A stretch of 64,000 nt of DNA from Ginglymostoma cirratum (GCA_024137785.1 JAHRHZ010000111.1:28653329-28717328); one strand, 5' to 3'. Positions 48,020 through 61,325 are shown, numbered from the stretch's first letter. Translations and numbers: made by a program. The notes: a model not told the origin generated them from the sequence alone.

Positions 48020-48243
48020 ATCCTCCCGTTGACCAGCTTGTGTCATGGAGTTACTCCTGGACAAGGTAGTGCACAGGCTGAAATTCTTCTTCCCTCAGAC
48101 CAGGCAGTGAACATCAAGACACCAACTCCGCAGCAGCCTGGTCCAAGGTTGGCAGCTCAGGCTAGTGCGGTCTCAGCTGTCTGGAGGAATGCCCAATGCA
48201 GTAGGAGAAGGCTAATGTCCTTCTCTACTTTGCCAGTGTAAGT
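48020..48243 (+). mobile_element. Harbinger-type Myb/SANT ORF remnant
   Basis: MELLLDKVVHRLKFFFP then AAQASAVSAVWRNAQCSRRR, ending at a gtaagt donor. Same pattern as 13790-14010. Confidence 0.55.
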
Positions 48244-48536
48244 GCCAGCATCTTCTCTCTTTTATGTCACACTCGCTCTATCTCTGCTATTGTACTCACC
48301 TCCAACCAAGAGTCTTCCTTTGCTCCTCTCCCTAGCATCTGCAATACCTTCCCTCACTCACTGACACCCACCTCAACCTCTGAAACCATAAACCCTGAAT
48401 GCCCTCTGAGCTGCCTACACTCTCATCCAAGGTACTTTGCCAACAGAACCAACAGTAAGAGCTGTGCCACCCACTGTCATCTTCTGTAACACCTGCCTGC
48501 CTCTCATTCTTGAAGGAGAACAGCAAGGGCAGAAAG

Positions 48537-48857
48537 GGGCGGCACGGTGGCTCAGTGGTTAGCCCTGCTGCCTCACAGCACCAGAGAACCGGGTTCGATT
48601 CCACCCTCAGGGAACTGTCTGTGTGAAGTTTGCACGTTCTCCCCGTCTCTGCGTGGGTTTCTTCCGGGTGCTCTGATTTTCTCCTACAGTCCAAAGATGT
48701 GCAGGCTAGGTGGATTGGCCATGCTAAATTTCCCATAGTGTTTGGGAGTGCGTAGTTTAGGTGGGTTATAGGGAGAATGGGTCTGGGTGGGATGCTCTGA
48801 GGGTCAGTGTGAACTTGTTGGGCCGAAGGGCCTGTTTCCACACTGTAGGGATTCTAC
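48537..48857 (+). mobile_element. HE1-type V-SINE, full length
   Basis: gggcggcacggtggctcagtggttagc (A box), gggttcgattcc (B box), core, and tail ctgtagggattcta. Confidence 0.95.
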
Positions 48858-51800
48858 GAGAAAGAGTTGACAGGGCTGCCCATCACATGACTTCTCAGCC
48901 CTTCTGTAGAGAGGATCCTGACTGACCATTCCGAGTGCTCCCTGGACCGGTGTCGGACTCTGCCTGGACTGAGGATTGCTAACTACTCTGATGGGCTTCA
49001 CTTGCTTTGAGTCAGTTCTAAAGGACACAGTCGGACAGCAGTTATTCCAGGCTGGCATCTCTGGTTGATGGGGCAAAGTGCAAAAAGTCAATGCAAGGCA
49101 GGACTGCAGTGAGCTTAGTGTGAGTGAGCACTACGTCAGTGGGTGAAGAACTTGGAGAAGCGGCCTCATCCAGTCCATGATCTGGCTATGTTTCCCTGTG
49201 TGCCTTGTGTCCTTGCTGCAGTATTGCAATGACCATTACCAGTGCAGCCCGGGGTGCAACACTGAAGTGCAGAAGCGTCCTGTAAGTGGATCAGAGCTAG
49301 GTCATTAGGGCTCTCAGATGCTGGCAAAAGTCAGACTCCAATATCAGGATGTGGATGTGGAGAGCAGGTGGCTGGTGCCCATGGGGACTGCCTTGAGATG
49401 TTGGCGCTGAGAGTCAAACATGGAGATTCTTCGGAACAAGCAGTGAGCTGAATTCACCAAGCATCCACGCTGGTTTCCATTTCGAGTTTTTCTGACAGCT
49501 AATTTGAATGGAAAGTTTGGTAAGGTTGCAACCAGAATAATTAAGTGGTAAATTAGGCTGTTACTGAGGGTTTTACAAGGAGTGATGAATGTCAGTTGGG
49601 ATGTCATCACCGCCTAGCGAGAATCTCACCACACTGTTTGAGAAAAACATGAAAGATGTGGTGAGATGACCTTGATGTCAAGACGGGCCTCATTGGATGT
49701 CTTGCCCCATTCTGCCACAAATCTCACCAGGGCTCATGTCACTGAGATTCTGAAATGATTCTGCCCTTTGCAACACTGCTGATTAAAGAAAACTAAAGGC
49801 CCACTGACTGTGCACCCACCATATTATAGCATAGGCAGTGTTTCATTCAGTTCTATTGGCTTGTTAACAAGTTCAATTGCCTTTTAAATAGTTCTTTGTA
49901 AAATAGCAGGTGGGCTGCCAATTTCAGTCCTTACTCAACTTCCGTATTGTGGGAAACCCATATGTTGGTATCGAAGTTGTGTCACACAATATCACACTGG
50001 ATTTTAGACATGACAGAGAGAAAAGAAGTCCCGATTACAAGTCATAAAATCCAGCTGGATTTCTCTGTTGTAGTCAACCATTCCACGCTCTACTACCAGA
50101 CAGAACTGGGCTTCATCGTGTTCACTTGGTTGTAGCTGAACGGGTTAGTCTGGGCTGTCGAAGGTATAAAAATAAGATCACCCCTGATTATGGTGTAGCC
50201 AGAAAGTATAGACATGGTGAAGGATACAGTGATTCAGTTTAACATGTTAGCTTTTGTTAAATTCTGGCATTGTCACATTCCACAGAAATATATTTTCCAA
50301 TAAATCTACACTTCAGTGTAAAAATCAGGCATGCCGTAATCTATTTTCTTCTTATTCTTTTGTCGCATATATTCTCAAGCATATGACCCAGACATTAACA
50401 TTCAAAACCTGGCTTTGTTGTAACCTTGTTACAGGCTTTTTAAATGAGGCAATCAGCTCTCTGCATATCAGTAGCATTCACATTAAATGGATTCTGTTAG
50501 ACTTGACAGCAGTATGACTAAACTGATCCGGAATAAGACCAGCTGAGCAAAGAGTAATAGGAGGGATAAGAACTTGACTCATGCTCAGAAAAATGGCTAA
50601 ACCCCAGATGGAACAATTTGGCCATCAGGCATCTTCACAGCTCTCATGTTGAGACTTTGCAGGAGTCTTTGCTCCATTGGCTCTGTTAAAAAGTACACCA
50701 GGGAAGTTGGGTGAAGTCACACATAGCTTTCAAGTATGTTCATGTCATCTGAGTAAACAAGAAATGGCTGATACTTTTGCTAATGTTATAGTGCCACCTT
50801 TTAAGGGAAGGGCGACTGAGACCAGTTGTGCAATGGAATCAATTTTTTCCATCTGTTCATCACAACAACTTTTGTTTTAAAATAATTGCACGACACTTGG
50901 GCTGGACTTTCAAATTTATCAATAAAACGTTACATACTGTTTCTCAGTCAGCACAGTAGCAAATTCAGTTTAAAGGTCTGGAAAGTTTTATCCAAAAATA
51001 TAGGCCCCAGCCTATATTCTTTACGAGGTAACTGAGATAGCTGTTCCTCATCTGAATTAATGAAGTGTTTTTGTTTCCTGCAAACTGTATTTATAAACTT
51101 CCGAATTCCTGCTCTGCCATTTAATTCTTATTATTTTACACACCAACCTATTTTTCCGATAAAGCTGATTTTCCAATTCAATGATTTTTCAATCAATCAG
51201 CTGGTGAACTGCTGATTTAGAAAAGCAATGGTATATGAAAAGAATTTGCTCAAATAAATACAAATGACTTTGAAGGAATGGGGGGAAAAAAGCAACAACA
51301 GCACATTCCGTGGCTAATAAACCAATTTGTACCTGCCTTGAACTCATTCGGTGGTGTTTTATAATACAGTAAAACAGCACTGCACTGGAGACCATGCTGT
51401 ATAAAAACACACACACAGCAAGCTCAAATACAGGGTTTCTCATTATTAAATTGCTGCTGTTGCTTTTTCTTTGTTTGTTAGACTGTGATACCTCCAAGTT
51501 AAACCAATTAACAACGATTTCCTTCCAATGTTTTAACTCCCTAAATTTCACTAAATAGAGATTGAGAAATCTGCAACTTTGCTAACATATTGATTAAATG
51601 TACAACAGCTGTTAAATGCACCCCATTTCAAATTTGGAAGATTTATGAATAGTTAGGTCCGACTTTTGAAATATTCTACTGCTCCATTCACATTGGAAAC
51701 AAGAAATCAGATATATTGTCCTGGTCCTCAAAATTCTGTGCTTCAGCGTTATCTCTGTGTTAGGGATTTTCACCTCTGACAGAGTGGTCATACCAGAATG

Positions 51801-51962
51801 ATTTTCTGGCCAGCACACTGTGAAGTGGCATGGATAACAAAAGAAATCACCTTCTTAATTTTCCATCGGGACATTGAGTCATAACTCATCCTGATTTTGA
51901 GGTCCAGGATCAACATTGGATGAGGGAAATTTACCCCAAGCTGATCCAAAACAAGCCACAAT

Positions 51963-52398
51963 TCATAGAGTCGTACAACATAGAGGCAGACCCTTCGGTC
52001 CAACTTGTTCACGCTGACCAGACATCCCAAAATCTGACCTAGTCCCATTTGCCAGCATTTAGCCCATATCCCTCTAAACCCTTCCTGTTCGTATACTCAT
52101 CCACTTGCCTTTAAAATGTTGTAATTGTACCAGCCTTCACACTTCCTCTGGTAGCTCATTCCATACACACACCAGCCTCTGTGTGAAAAAATTACCCCTT
52201 ACTTCCTTTGTAAATCTTTCCCATCTCATCTTAAACCTATACTCTTTGGTTTTAGATTCTAGGGTAGAAAAATGACCTTGACTATTCACCCTATCCATGT
52301 CCCTCTTGATTTGAGAAACCTCCATAAGGTCACCCCTCAAACTCTGAGACTCCAAGGAAAAAAGCCCCAACCTATTCAGCCTCTCCTTATGGCTCAAA
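51963..52398 (-). mobile_element. CR1/HER1 LINE 3' end
   Basis: ERLNRLGLFSLE...RGNFFTQR...WNELPEEV. Confidence 0.92.
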
Positions 52399-52619
52399 GC
52401 TCAGTGAAATAATTTTTGAGGGCTGTTAGCGTCTGTCACACTTCCTCATAAAGCTATAAAATTTCAGATTCTGAGTAGCTATTGTAAGTAAATGAGGCAG
52501 CTTGTACCTCAATCATTCTTTTTTGATGAGGGTCCTCAGGAGCTAAATGTGACAGGCCAGAGATTGGATCGTGTGACACATGATAGAGATTTCCCATCCA
52601 GAGAACAGTCAGTCATAAA

Positions 52620-53420
52620 CTGAACTCAAAGCAAAACCATGTATGATTTTGGTCACTGTCAATAAGTCTGAAAATATGCAAAACAGGGAGATTGAAAAAG
52701 TGCTTGATAATGTTTAGACTTTATTCTGAAGTACTAGATTGAGTTTTGTGACATGATGGTTGGTATAGCAAAAGTCCTTTCAGGTGGGGCTTAATAAAGC
52801 AGAAGTGAGACTATACTGTGGAGAGTTTTGGACAGTGGCTGAGCAGCATTGATAGTTGAGTGCAATCTGCCACTATGGAAAATGAATGTTAACTTTTGTT
52901 TGGCATTTTTGGTCACAGACCCAAGGATATTTACATCAATTGGCATAAAAACTGCATTTCTGCAGGTGATACTTTCTCAAATACAATATTTTTTGAAACA
53001 GCCAGAAGAGGCAAGAGATTTATAAGTTAATGATGGCAAAATAGATAAGTGTGTTGATTTCAGGATATGGTATTTACAGTTTGATACGTTTTGCCAAAAA
53101 TAATTTGTGTTCAACTAAAAGCAGATACTGCAAAATATTGCAGTTATCTTGAAGGAAAGCTGACAAGCATTTCCGTATGAAAGGTGATGTTTGTTTTCAA
53201 ATGGGGTGGTACCGTCACCTTATTAATAAAATGTGTTGAATGTAAAATTGGGAGTTAAGCTTTAGGGGCTATTAAAGATATTTTGGATATAAATCAAGCC
53301 AGGTTAGGGATAATTTTAAATCAATGGTCCTCTCTTGTGAGAGCTAAACCCAGGTTAATCATACTGGGGAATCACAAACATGATTTTGTATCGAAAGAAG
53401 AGGAAAGTGTTTGCAAAGCT
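52620..53420 (+). mobile_element. Very old CR1-like RT fragments
   Basis: Faint motifs only (aaacagggag...ctagattgagttttgtg; gataagtgtgttgatttcagg...tttgatacg). Confidence 0.3.
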
Positions 53421-53569
53421 TGATTTGCCCATTGGCATTATTCACTCAGTCTAGATCACAAGTTAGTTGTTGGCATTGAACACTTTCTTATGCTTCATCT
53501 TCCCTTCAAATATTATTTGCTTTTGGGCATCTATTAAAGTTAAAGAGGGAAAATGTACAGTTAAATTAA

Positions 53570-53700
53570 GTTCTGGTGAAGATGCACTGGATTGGAAATG
53601 TTAGCTCTGCTTTCTTCTCACAGCTGTTGCCAGACGTGCTGAGTTTTGCCAGTGATTCCTGTGTGTTTCAGACCTGCAGGATCCTTAGTTCTTGACTTTA
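53570..53700 (+). mobile_element. PLE terminal-repeat fragment (family B, decayed)
   Basis: gttctggtgaag...gaaatgttagctctg...gccagacgtgctgagttttgccag. Confidence 0.65.
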
Positions 53701-55512
53701 TATTTTAGCACTTAATTTCCTTGATGACCTAAAGCGTATGAAGTGATCTATAGGGATACTAATCTTGCTCATGAATATTGATGAGTAATGAGTTTCACGA
53801 GATTTCTTATGATGAGAATTGTAAATGTTTTCCTTTAGCTATGGAAATGAAGATAATTTACGGTAATGTTATTAAACATACGCTGGCTGTGGTGATCCAA
53901 AAGCTGGACGTGGGATTCAGTTGGCAGATATTTTACGTAATATTCATGTTGGCTTGAAACAATGCTGGAGGGAATGGAGATCTCCAAAAATAAATGAGTG
54001 AATTCAAGTCAGACCCCTTTACTAAAAGGAGTGCATGCCTGAATAAATTGCTTTGGGAGAGGACATCTCATATTACAACACTTTGCGTTGAATTTGGAAG
54101 TCATTTTTTTTATTTTTATGATTAACATCCTCCAATGGTTAACATGCACCCAGACAGCATGACCAGTATCCAGTTTGTGAAATAAATGGGCACAGGAAGG
54201 TCATAAAAAGAGAATTTCCTACTGCAAAGGCAGAGAAGTGAATTCCACATTAAGAGCCTATTCCCAAATTTCCAACAAACTCTGGTTGATTGTCTCCACA
54301 AAAGTCAGATTTTGCCCCACATTCCCCAAGGTGACAACAGCACAAGATGTTCTATTATCTTGGTTATCTTGGTCCCTAAGACTTTCAAATCCCATTTGCA
54401 ACTAGGTCTATTTGATTGTTCTCTTGGAGGAATGAATCAACACAGCCCCAGTTGCTTTTGTTAGGAGTCTGTTCCATAAATCTTTGGATAGAGATGGAGG
54501 GAGGGGGATGTCTTGGGGATGGAAAATGATTCTAAACTTCCATGTCACTTGCAATTTGTTACTAGGTCATGTATCATTAGCACTGAGATAGGAATCTAAA
54601 ATCTTAGGAGTTAGTCATACCATGCCATCTCCAATTACTCTCTCTACTTCCATACACAAACAGCTAACAAGAGCATATAGTGTTCAAAATGTACTCTGAG
54701 TGGAAGAGTACACTGTATACAATTGATGTTTATTAACAACAGAAATACAAACGAGGTCCTGCTTTACGAATAATCGGTTGCACAAATGAGAAGTCCTCAA
54801 CATGAACTTAGCTGGAACCATGAAGGTCACTTTCTCACTGGGAATGAAATTTCATTCATTGGGAAAACACATGAGAAATATGGGCACTTAAAAATGATTT
54901 TCAAGCCATTTAAATTCATGGTTCTTGTATTGATATATATTGTCTCTCAAACTTCCAATACTGGAATGTTCATTGGCCAATTTGGAGCCCATTTTGCAGG
55001 ACCTAGAGCACGAGGACAACTGAAAAATACTGAATGTCATATTTGGCAGTTCTTAAACATCCTGAGCAGTCTCAAAAGAACTATTAAAGGGCAGGGGATG
55101 GGCAGGGGCTAATGGCTGTTTTAGAAAACCCCTCACAAATTAGACTTGATTTTCTTGAAAGGCATGACTTAGAATCTGATCACCACTGCAAAATAAATAT
55201 CAACTTTTTCATAAACATTGACACAAGAAGCATAGGATGGTCCTCCAAAGGTTTCCTCCACTCCGAAACTGAGATTGCATACCCCAAAATCCATCTCTTA
55301 AAACAAGGATCCTTGGCTCACCTAAATTATTGAAATGTAGACCCAGTCCCAATTTCAGTCTTGTGCAGCCTGGGCATATATAGTGCCTGCATAGTTCCAA
55401 TTCTGAGCCCAAAACTAAGTCAAGACAAAATAATTATCACTCCTGGAGGGCAAGGCTTCATACCATGGTCAGGAAATTACTCATTTTATTTGTCTACTTT
55501 TAACACTACACT

Positions 55513-56320
55513 TAGAGCCATAAAGTCACAGAGATGTACAGCATGGAAACATACCCTTTGGTCCAGCTAGTCCACACCAACCAGATATCCTAAATAAATC
55601 TATTCCCATTTGCCAGCATTTGGCCCATATCCCTCTAAACCCTTCCTATTCATATATCCATCCAGATGTTTTTTAAACGCTGTAATTGTAGCAATCTACA
55701 CCACTTCCTCTGGCAGCTTATTCTTTACATGCACCACCATCCGCATGAAAAATTTACTCCTTAGGTCCCTTTTAAATCTTTCTCCTCTCACCGTAAACCT
55801 ACACTCTCTAGTTTTGGACTCCCCTGCTACCAGGAAAAGACCTTGTCTATTAACTCTATCCGTGCCCCTCATGATTTTCTCAACCTCTATAAGGTCACCC
55901 CACAGCTTCTGATGCTCTAAGGAAAGTAGCCCCAGTCTATTCAGCCTCTCCCTATAGCTCAAACCCTCCAACCCTGGCAACATTCTTGTAAATTTTTTCT
56001 GAACCCTTTGAAGTTTCACAACACCCTTCCTATAGCAGGAAGATCAAAATTGCATGCAGTATTCCAATAGTGGGCTAACCAATGTTCTGTACAGCCGCAA
56101 CATGACCTCCCAACTCTCATATTCAGTGCATACCAAATGTCATCTTCACTATCCTATCTACCTGTGATTCTGCTTTCAAGGAACTCTGAACCTGAACTCC
56201 AAAGTCACTTTTATCAGCAACAATCCTCAGGACCTTACCATTAAGTGTATAAGTCCTGCCCTGATTTGCCTTTCAAAATGCAGCACCTCACATTTATTTA
56301 AGTTAAACTCCATCTGCCAC
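55513..56320 (-). mobile_element. CR1/HER1 LINE 3' part
   Basis: ORF 55696..56019 LQRVQKKFTRMLPGLEGLSYRERL..., highly similar to 31520-32325. Confidence 0.95.
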
Positions 56321-56514
56321 CCCATCATGTCCACCTTATCTCCCCAGCCGCCATCTTGTTGTAATGTTGAGAGAGGCTAGGCAGCAGCATCTGCTTTCCC
56401 TAAGATTGGAAAGTACTCTGGAGACCCATCTGTTCGAGAGTCAGCTTCACAGCAAACAGCAATCATACGCGAGCTGTGAGGGAGATTTATATCTAAAAAG
56501 AAGTGAGTTTGCAA

Positions 56515-56996
56515 GCTAGGTATGGATGGTTTGAATTATAAAGGCTGGATAAGCTGGGATATTTTCCATTTGAACATAGGAGGTGGAGAGGTGACCTTAC
56601 AGAGGTCTATAAAATAATGAGGTGTATAGATGGAGTTGATGGTGGTTTCCGACTATCAACCCTATCTATGCACCTCATAATTTTATAGATTTCTAACAAT
56701 TCTCCTCCCAGCCTCCAACACTCCAGAGAAAACAACCCAAGTTTTTCTAGCCTCTCCTATAGCTTAAACCTTCTAATTCATGCAGCATTCTGCTAAACCT
56801 CTCTGCACCCTCTCCAAAGCCTCCACATCCATTTTGTAATGTGGTAACCAGAATTTAACGCAATATTCTAAGTGTGGCCTAACCAAAGTCTTATAAAACT
56901 GCAACATGACATCCTGACTCTTTTACTCAATTCCCTGACTAATAAACGCAAGCGTGCTATATGCTTTCTTCACCACCCTATCTACTTGTGTGGCCA
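56515..56996. mobile_element. Two convergent CR1 fragments (56515-56645 plus, 56651-56996 minus)
   Basis: gtctataaaataatgaggtgtatagatggagttgat faces atcaaccctatctatgcacctcataattttataga. Confidence 0.85.
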
Positions 56997-57086
56997 GTTT
57001 CATTTATCGAACCATTTGTCTTGCACTCATAGGACAATTTGGAAGCATACCAATTTAATGGTAAAACCACCGTTCTAAATGAGAAG

Positions 57087-57189
57087 GGTCTGAGGAAAGG
57101 TCACTGGACCTGAAACGTTAACTCTGTTTTCTCCTTCACAGATGCTGCCAGACCTACTGAGCTTTTCCAGCAACTTTGTTTTTGTTCTG
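57087..57189 (+). mobile_element. Short PLE terminal-repeat insertion (family B) with TSD-like flanks
   Basis: ctgaggaaaggtcactggacctgaaacgttaac core. Flanks gttctaaatgagaag (57072-57086) and gttctgaatgagaag (57184-57198). Confidence 0.85.
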
Positions 57190-57222
57190 AATGAGAAGTT
57201 CATGCTGACTGATTAATCGATT

Positions 57223-57800
57223 GACTTTGATTGGTAGAGGTATTTCCATGGAGAATGCACAAGCTAATCATGATTGATAGTTAATTTTTAGGCTTTGTTT
57301 AAGTTTTAAACCAAGCAGGTTGAGTCTAATTAGGAAGGCCAAGGAATGAAATGAGAATTAACCGGCAAGTGCCTGCAACTTGGTTCGTTGAGTTGAAACA
57401 GTTGCGGTGCACGTAAATGTTCTTTCTGTCTGCAAAGAAAAGGGCCCTGTGTATAAATATATATAGCTTCCAGTATAAGCAAGTTCCAGTTGAAAGAATG
57501 AATGTACAGTTTCAACTCAAAACTGAAAGGAACAACCATTTACAGGCTCATTGCTCGATGCATTGCCCTGAGTCAACCTGCCTGGTATAAACTTTAAACA
57601 AAGTGTTCCAGTTAACTGTCAGTCATCAGTATCTGGTGCATTTTTCATGGCAACACCTCTTCCAAAGTCCACTTGCCAACCAATATGTATTTCTCTCTCA
57701 TGCAATGCAAACATTGGCTTGCCCCCTAAACTGATATATTCGCAAATTGTTTTGAAAAATGCAAAATGAAAACTTTAGACAAAACGTCCTTCTTCAGTAA
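57223..57800. mobile_element. Divergent pair of PLE 3' ends (fourth family)
   Basis: About 100-bp inverted arms at 57223-57326 and 57570-57669. Minus ORF LEAIYIYTQGPFLCRQKE resembles the GIY-YIG C-terminus 'lEa.~I....P.LnrQ'. Confidence 0.6.
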
Positions 57801-58490
57801 TAAACAAATTCTGTACTATCAAATGTCTATTAATGTACATTTTTTCTTAATTTTTTTCAAGATTATGTTTAAATTTAAAGTAGTTGTAACATGACAATGC
57901 TGTCTTTAATTGAACATATAGCCGACGCTCCCAATTTGAAGGATATAATGTTGAATAGTGGTCTCTCAATTTAGTCAAAACATGATAAGCGAATGATTGT
58001 TTTTAATTACCAGCTATTCTATTATTTAGAACTTATTACTACTGTAATGTCATTCAGAATGGATATTTATGATAAATATTCTTAAGCAATTATGAAAGGG
58101 TCATTGTCTCATTTAATTCCTTAAGAACCCACAAACAGATGACTACGTCCTAGAATTTGTTAGTTAGAATTCTCTGGGCTGGCGTTGGTTAACTTGGAAA
58201 AGCTGTTTCTCTTATTAGATAATTGGTGGATATGTTTTCTCCTACAATAATATACTCATCTGAAAACTCCTAAGATGGACGATACCACATTGTAGAACCC
58301 AGTCAGTAACTAAAGTTCCTTTACTGATTGAAATATCTCTTTGTTGAGGCTTTAGCTTCACAATAGGTTTCATCAAATAGATCTATCTTAACAGAGATAA
58401 AAATAATAGAACCATTCTCAATGTAACAATTATCAGGCCCCATCCATCCAGCATGGACGTACGCAGGCTACTCTGCATGTACAGGAGCTA

Positions 58491-58712
58491 AACCATCCTG
58501 TTGGTGTCACTCAGCATCTAAACCCGCCGTGCAGCCAACTGAGCTAACCAATTCCCAATCCTTGAACTGGCTGAGGTCACCATGAAGGTCCACCTTCTCA
58601 TCCTGGCCCCTCACCTAAGCTGTGGTGACCCTTAGGTAAAAGTCACTGCCTGTCATCTCTGCTGAGAGAACAGCCTTATAGTCCTCCGGGACTGTGGCAA
58701 CTTGACCTTACC
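58491..58712 (+). mobile_element. tRNA-derived SINE with inverted 5' head
   Basis: 58491-58549 reads ggttagctcagttgg...ggtt on the minus strand, and the plus strand continues aattccc...ggctgaggtcaccatgaagg. Confidence 0.55.
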
Positions 58713-61212
58713 TTTTATAGATGAAATCCGACACAAGCAGCTTACATTTATATTGTGCTTTAACATAGTAAAACATCCTAGTTCATGGGAGCACTATCAG
58801 GAAGAAAAAGCATCATTAGATGAGGTGACCAACTCCCTCCAGCTCAGTCTTTTGTAACAGAAGCTAAACTATAACACATCTGACTGTTTCGGTACCATGG
58901 TACATTTTGATGAGCTTCAATTTTGTGCAGATGTGTCACAATAGCTATTGTTTCCAAATGTTCAGATGGCTTATGTTCTCTGGACAGCCAGGCACTGCCT
59001 GCGGACATCAGATGACTCCGGGACAGACAAAGAAGTACTGACTGCAAAAAAAAAGTGTTGACATTGGGAACAGCAGTATTGGAATCTCAGTCTGAAAATG
59101 TGAAAGCCCAGCTGGGAGGAACAGACTGGCTTTTTTCACTTGAGCCTCCTGGGGTTCTTAAACCATGCAGGTAGCCAGCCATCTGACGTATGCAAGGATG
59201 AAAGGCTGCTGCACAGATGTCACCTGCTGGGGGTTCAGCAACATAGTCAGAAACGTCATGTTCAGCAGCTGGCAATGTAGTATCCCACCAGTTCTGGCGC
59301 ACATGCTCTCAGAGGTTTGGGGAGATACGCCTACCACGGAGCTTCCTAATGAGGCTACATTGAAGTGAGTTTGGCTTTCGGTCAGTCACACTACATTAAC
59401 CCCGGTCAGTATTTACCACACATCCCTCAGGAACTCCAGCCCTACTAACGTAACAGGACTCTCAAGTTCACACACAACACATGGACACACTTAACACTTA
59501 AAGTTAACTGCTATAATGCTACACAAATAAGCTCCAGACCAAGATTTTAGATACCCACAAGGAAAGCTACAAACCTCTCACAGGAGTCACATTCATAATC
59601 TCACACTTTATGTTTACCTTGAGCTGCAAGTGAGGGAATGTTTTTCTTGGGTTTGAAAAGTGATGGTGGTATGAAAAGATCAATTCACTTAAAGGAAGGA
59701 ACTTCATAAAACCCAAATGGAAAAATAATAAGCAACAGGCTTCAAATATCTTCCAGTCAGTACGTGCAATTTTAGATTTTCAAGGAATTAAAATTCAAGG
59801 AAAACAAAACAGAGAAGAGATACTCTCACAGTGGAGATTCCCAATGTTGCTTACTGTGTGCCTTCTAGATTGACCAGCTGTCTGTGCACCTCTAGTAATC
59901 AGATTTAATACATTAACTCCTTTACTGTAAAGAAACATATAAGATATCATATGTTATAAAAATATATCTTTAATGATGGGCTAATAGCAAGACTGGCCAA
60001 TAACTTGGAAGATAAGTTTGTTTGGAATCATGGGTGATAACTTGAGTCAAAGGATGTTTGTGCAACTTGGCTCCACTTGCCCCTAACTTCCTTTGTATAT
60101 CCACCAGTTTCCATTCCTGTAAAAATCTTCTCTAACCCCACCTTTCTATGTTGGATTTGGTCCTTAAATACAAACATTTCTCTCCAGGACATGCTTTCCC
60201 TTCCTTGCTAACTTTCATTTGTGTAGTTGCACGGACTGTTTCTCTTTAAGCTAAAACACGAGGTGAATGCATGCTTTTTAAAATACTATTCAGCTTCTTT
60301 TTGTTGTATTTGCACTCTATTAAATTCAACTTTATTTTATCATCCAGTCCATTCGCTTTTAGATGCTAGTACCATCATACATGGGTCTGTATGAATATGA
60401 AAGAAATATTTTGCTAATGGAGTATTACATGGCATATAGAATATGGTCCTGTGATATTGGGATTCAAAATTTTTAAAAAAGAATGTAAGTGCTGAATTTT
60501 ACGCCTAAATCAATTAAGTTTTCAGCAGGGTCTCCCCTTAATGAATCACTAAGGAAAATCCAACCTAACTGCCCATGCTTTATTTCTTGGTAAAGATCTG
60601 CAATAGAATCTACAGAAATCAGTTTCCTCTTGGAGTGCAGAGATTCCCCGTGATTTTCAGTTGAGGTGAGCAGTCTGGAGCCATTGAAACCCCTACCTTT
60701 CTTCCAGATCCTTCAAGTGCATCTTAACCTGAGAACTCCCAGGAAAGAGGAGGTGGTTGATAACTTACCGTGTTAGGCTTGGCAAAACTCGAGGTAGGTG
60801 ATGGTCTCCTCACGGGAGATACAATGGTCAAGACGGGAGAGGACCAGTCCTCTGGGAAAGCCTCCAACCTAGGCTTGGGGGATCAAAGAACAAGCTGAAA
60901 AGTCACTCAAGACCAAATAGCACTCAGAACAGTCATGAGGGATCTATCAGTCCATATTTGACCACACTGCATGCCCTTTAATTTGGAAAAAAAAAACAAG
61001 CAGAACAAGCAACAGGAAACATCTGAAGTTTAATTTCATCAAACAATAACAGAATAAAAATAAATGAAAAAGTGGTATGATAACCCTTACAAGGCCCATA
61101 GGGAATACTAATTAATCTCGTCGGCAACTCTTTGAATATGAGTTGCCTTGCTTAGAGGCAATGGCCTGTCCAGCTAAAACCCATTCCCTGAGCCCTTTGT
61201 GAATTAGATCCA

Positions 61213-61325
61213 GGGATGTCCCTTGTGGCACAGTGGTACAGTCCCTACCGCTGGACCAGGTTCAAGTCTCACCTTATCCAGAGATGTGTAATAACATCTC
61301 TGAACAGACTGATTCGAAAATATCT
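61213..61325 (+). mobile_element. Short tRNA-derived SINE
   Basis: A box tggcacagtgg and B box ggttcaagtc, but no complete cloverleaf. Confidence 0.55.

Noticed and set aside
48537-48610. tRNA gene
   Set aside because: A and B boxes are present, but it continues into the HE1 core and tail with no acceptor stem or terminator, so it is a SINE head. The same applies to 61213-61275.
56347-56358. YY1 motif GCCGCCATCTTG as a promoter
   Set aside because: Isolated motif between LINE fragments with no CpG island; more likely part of a repeat.
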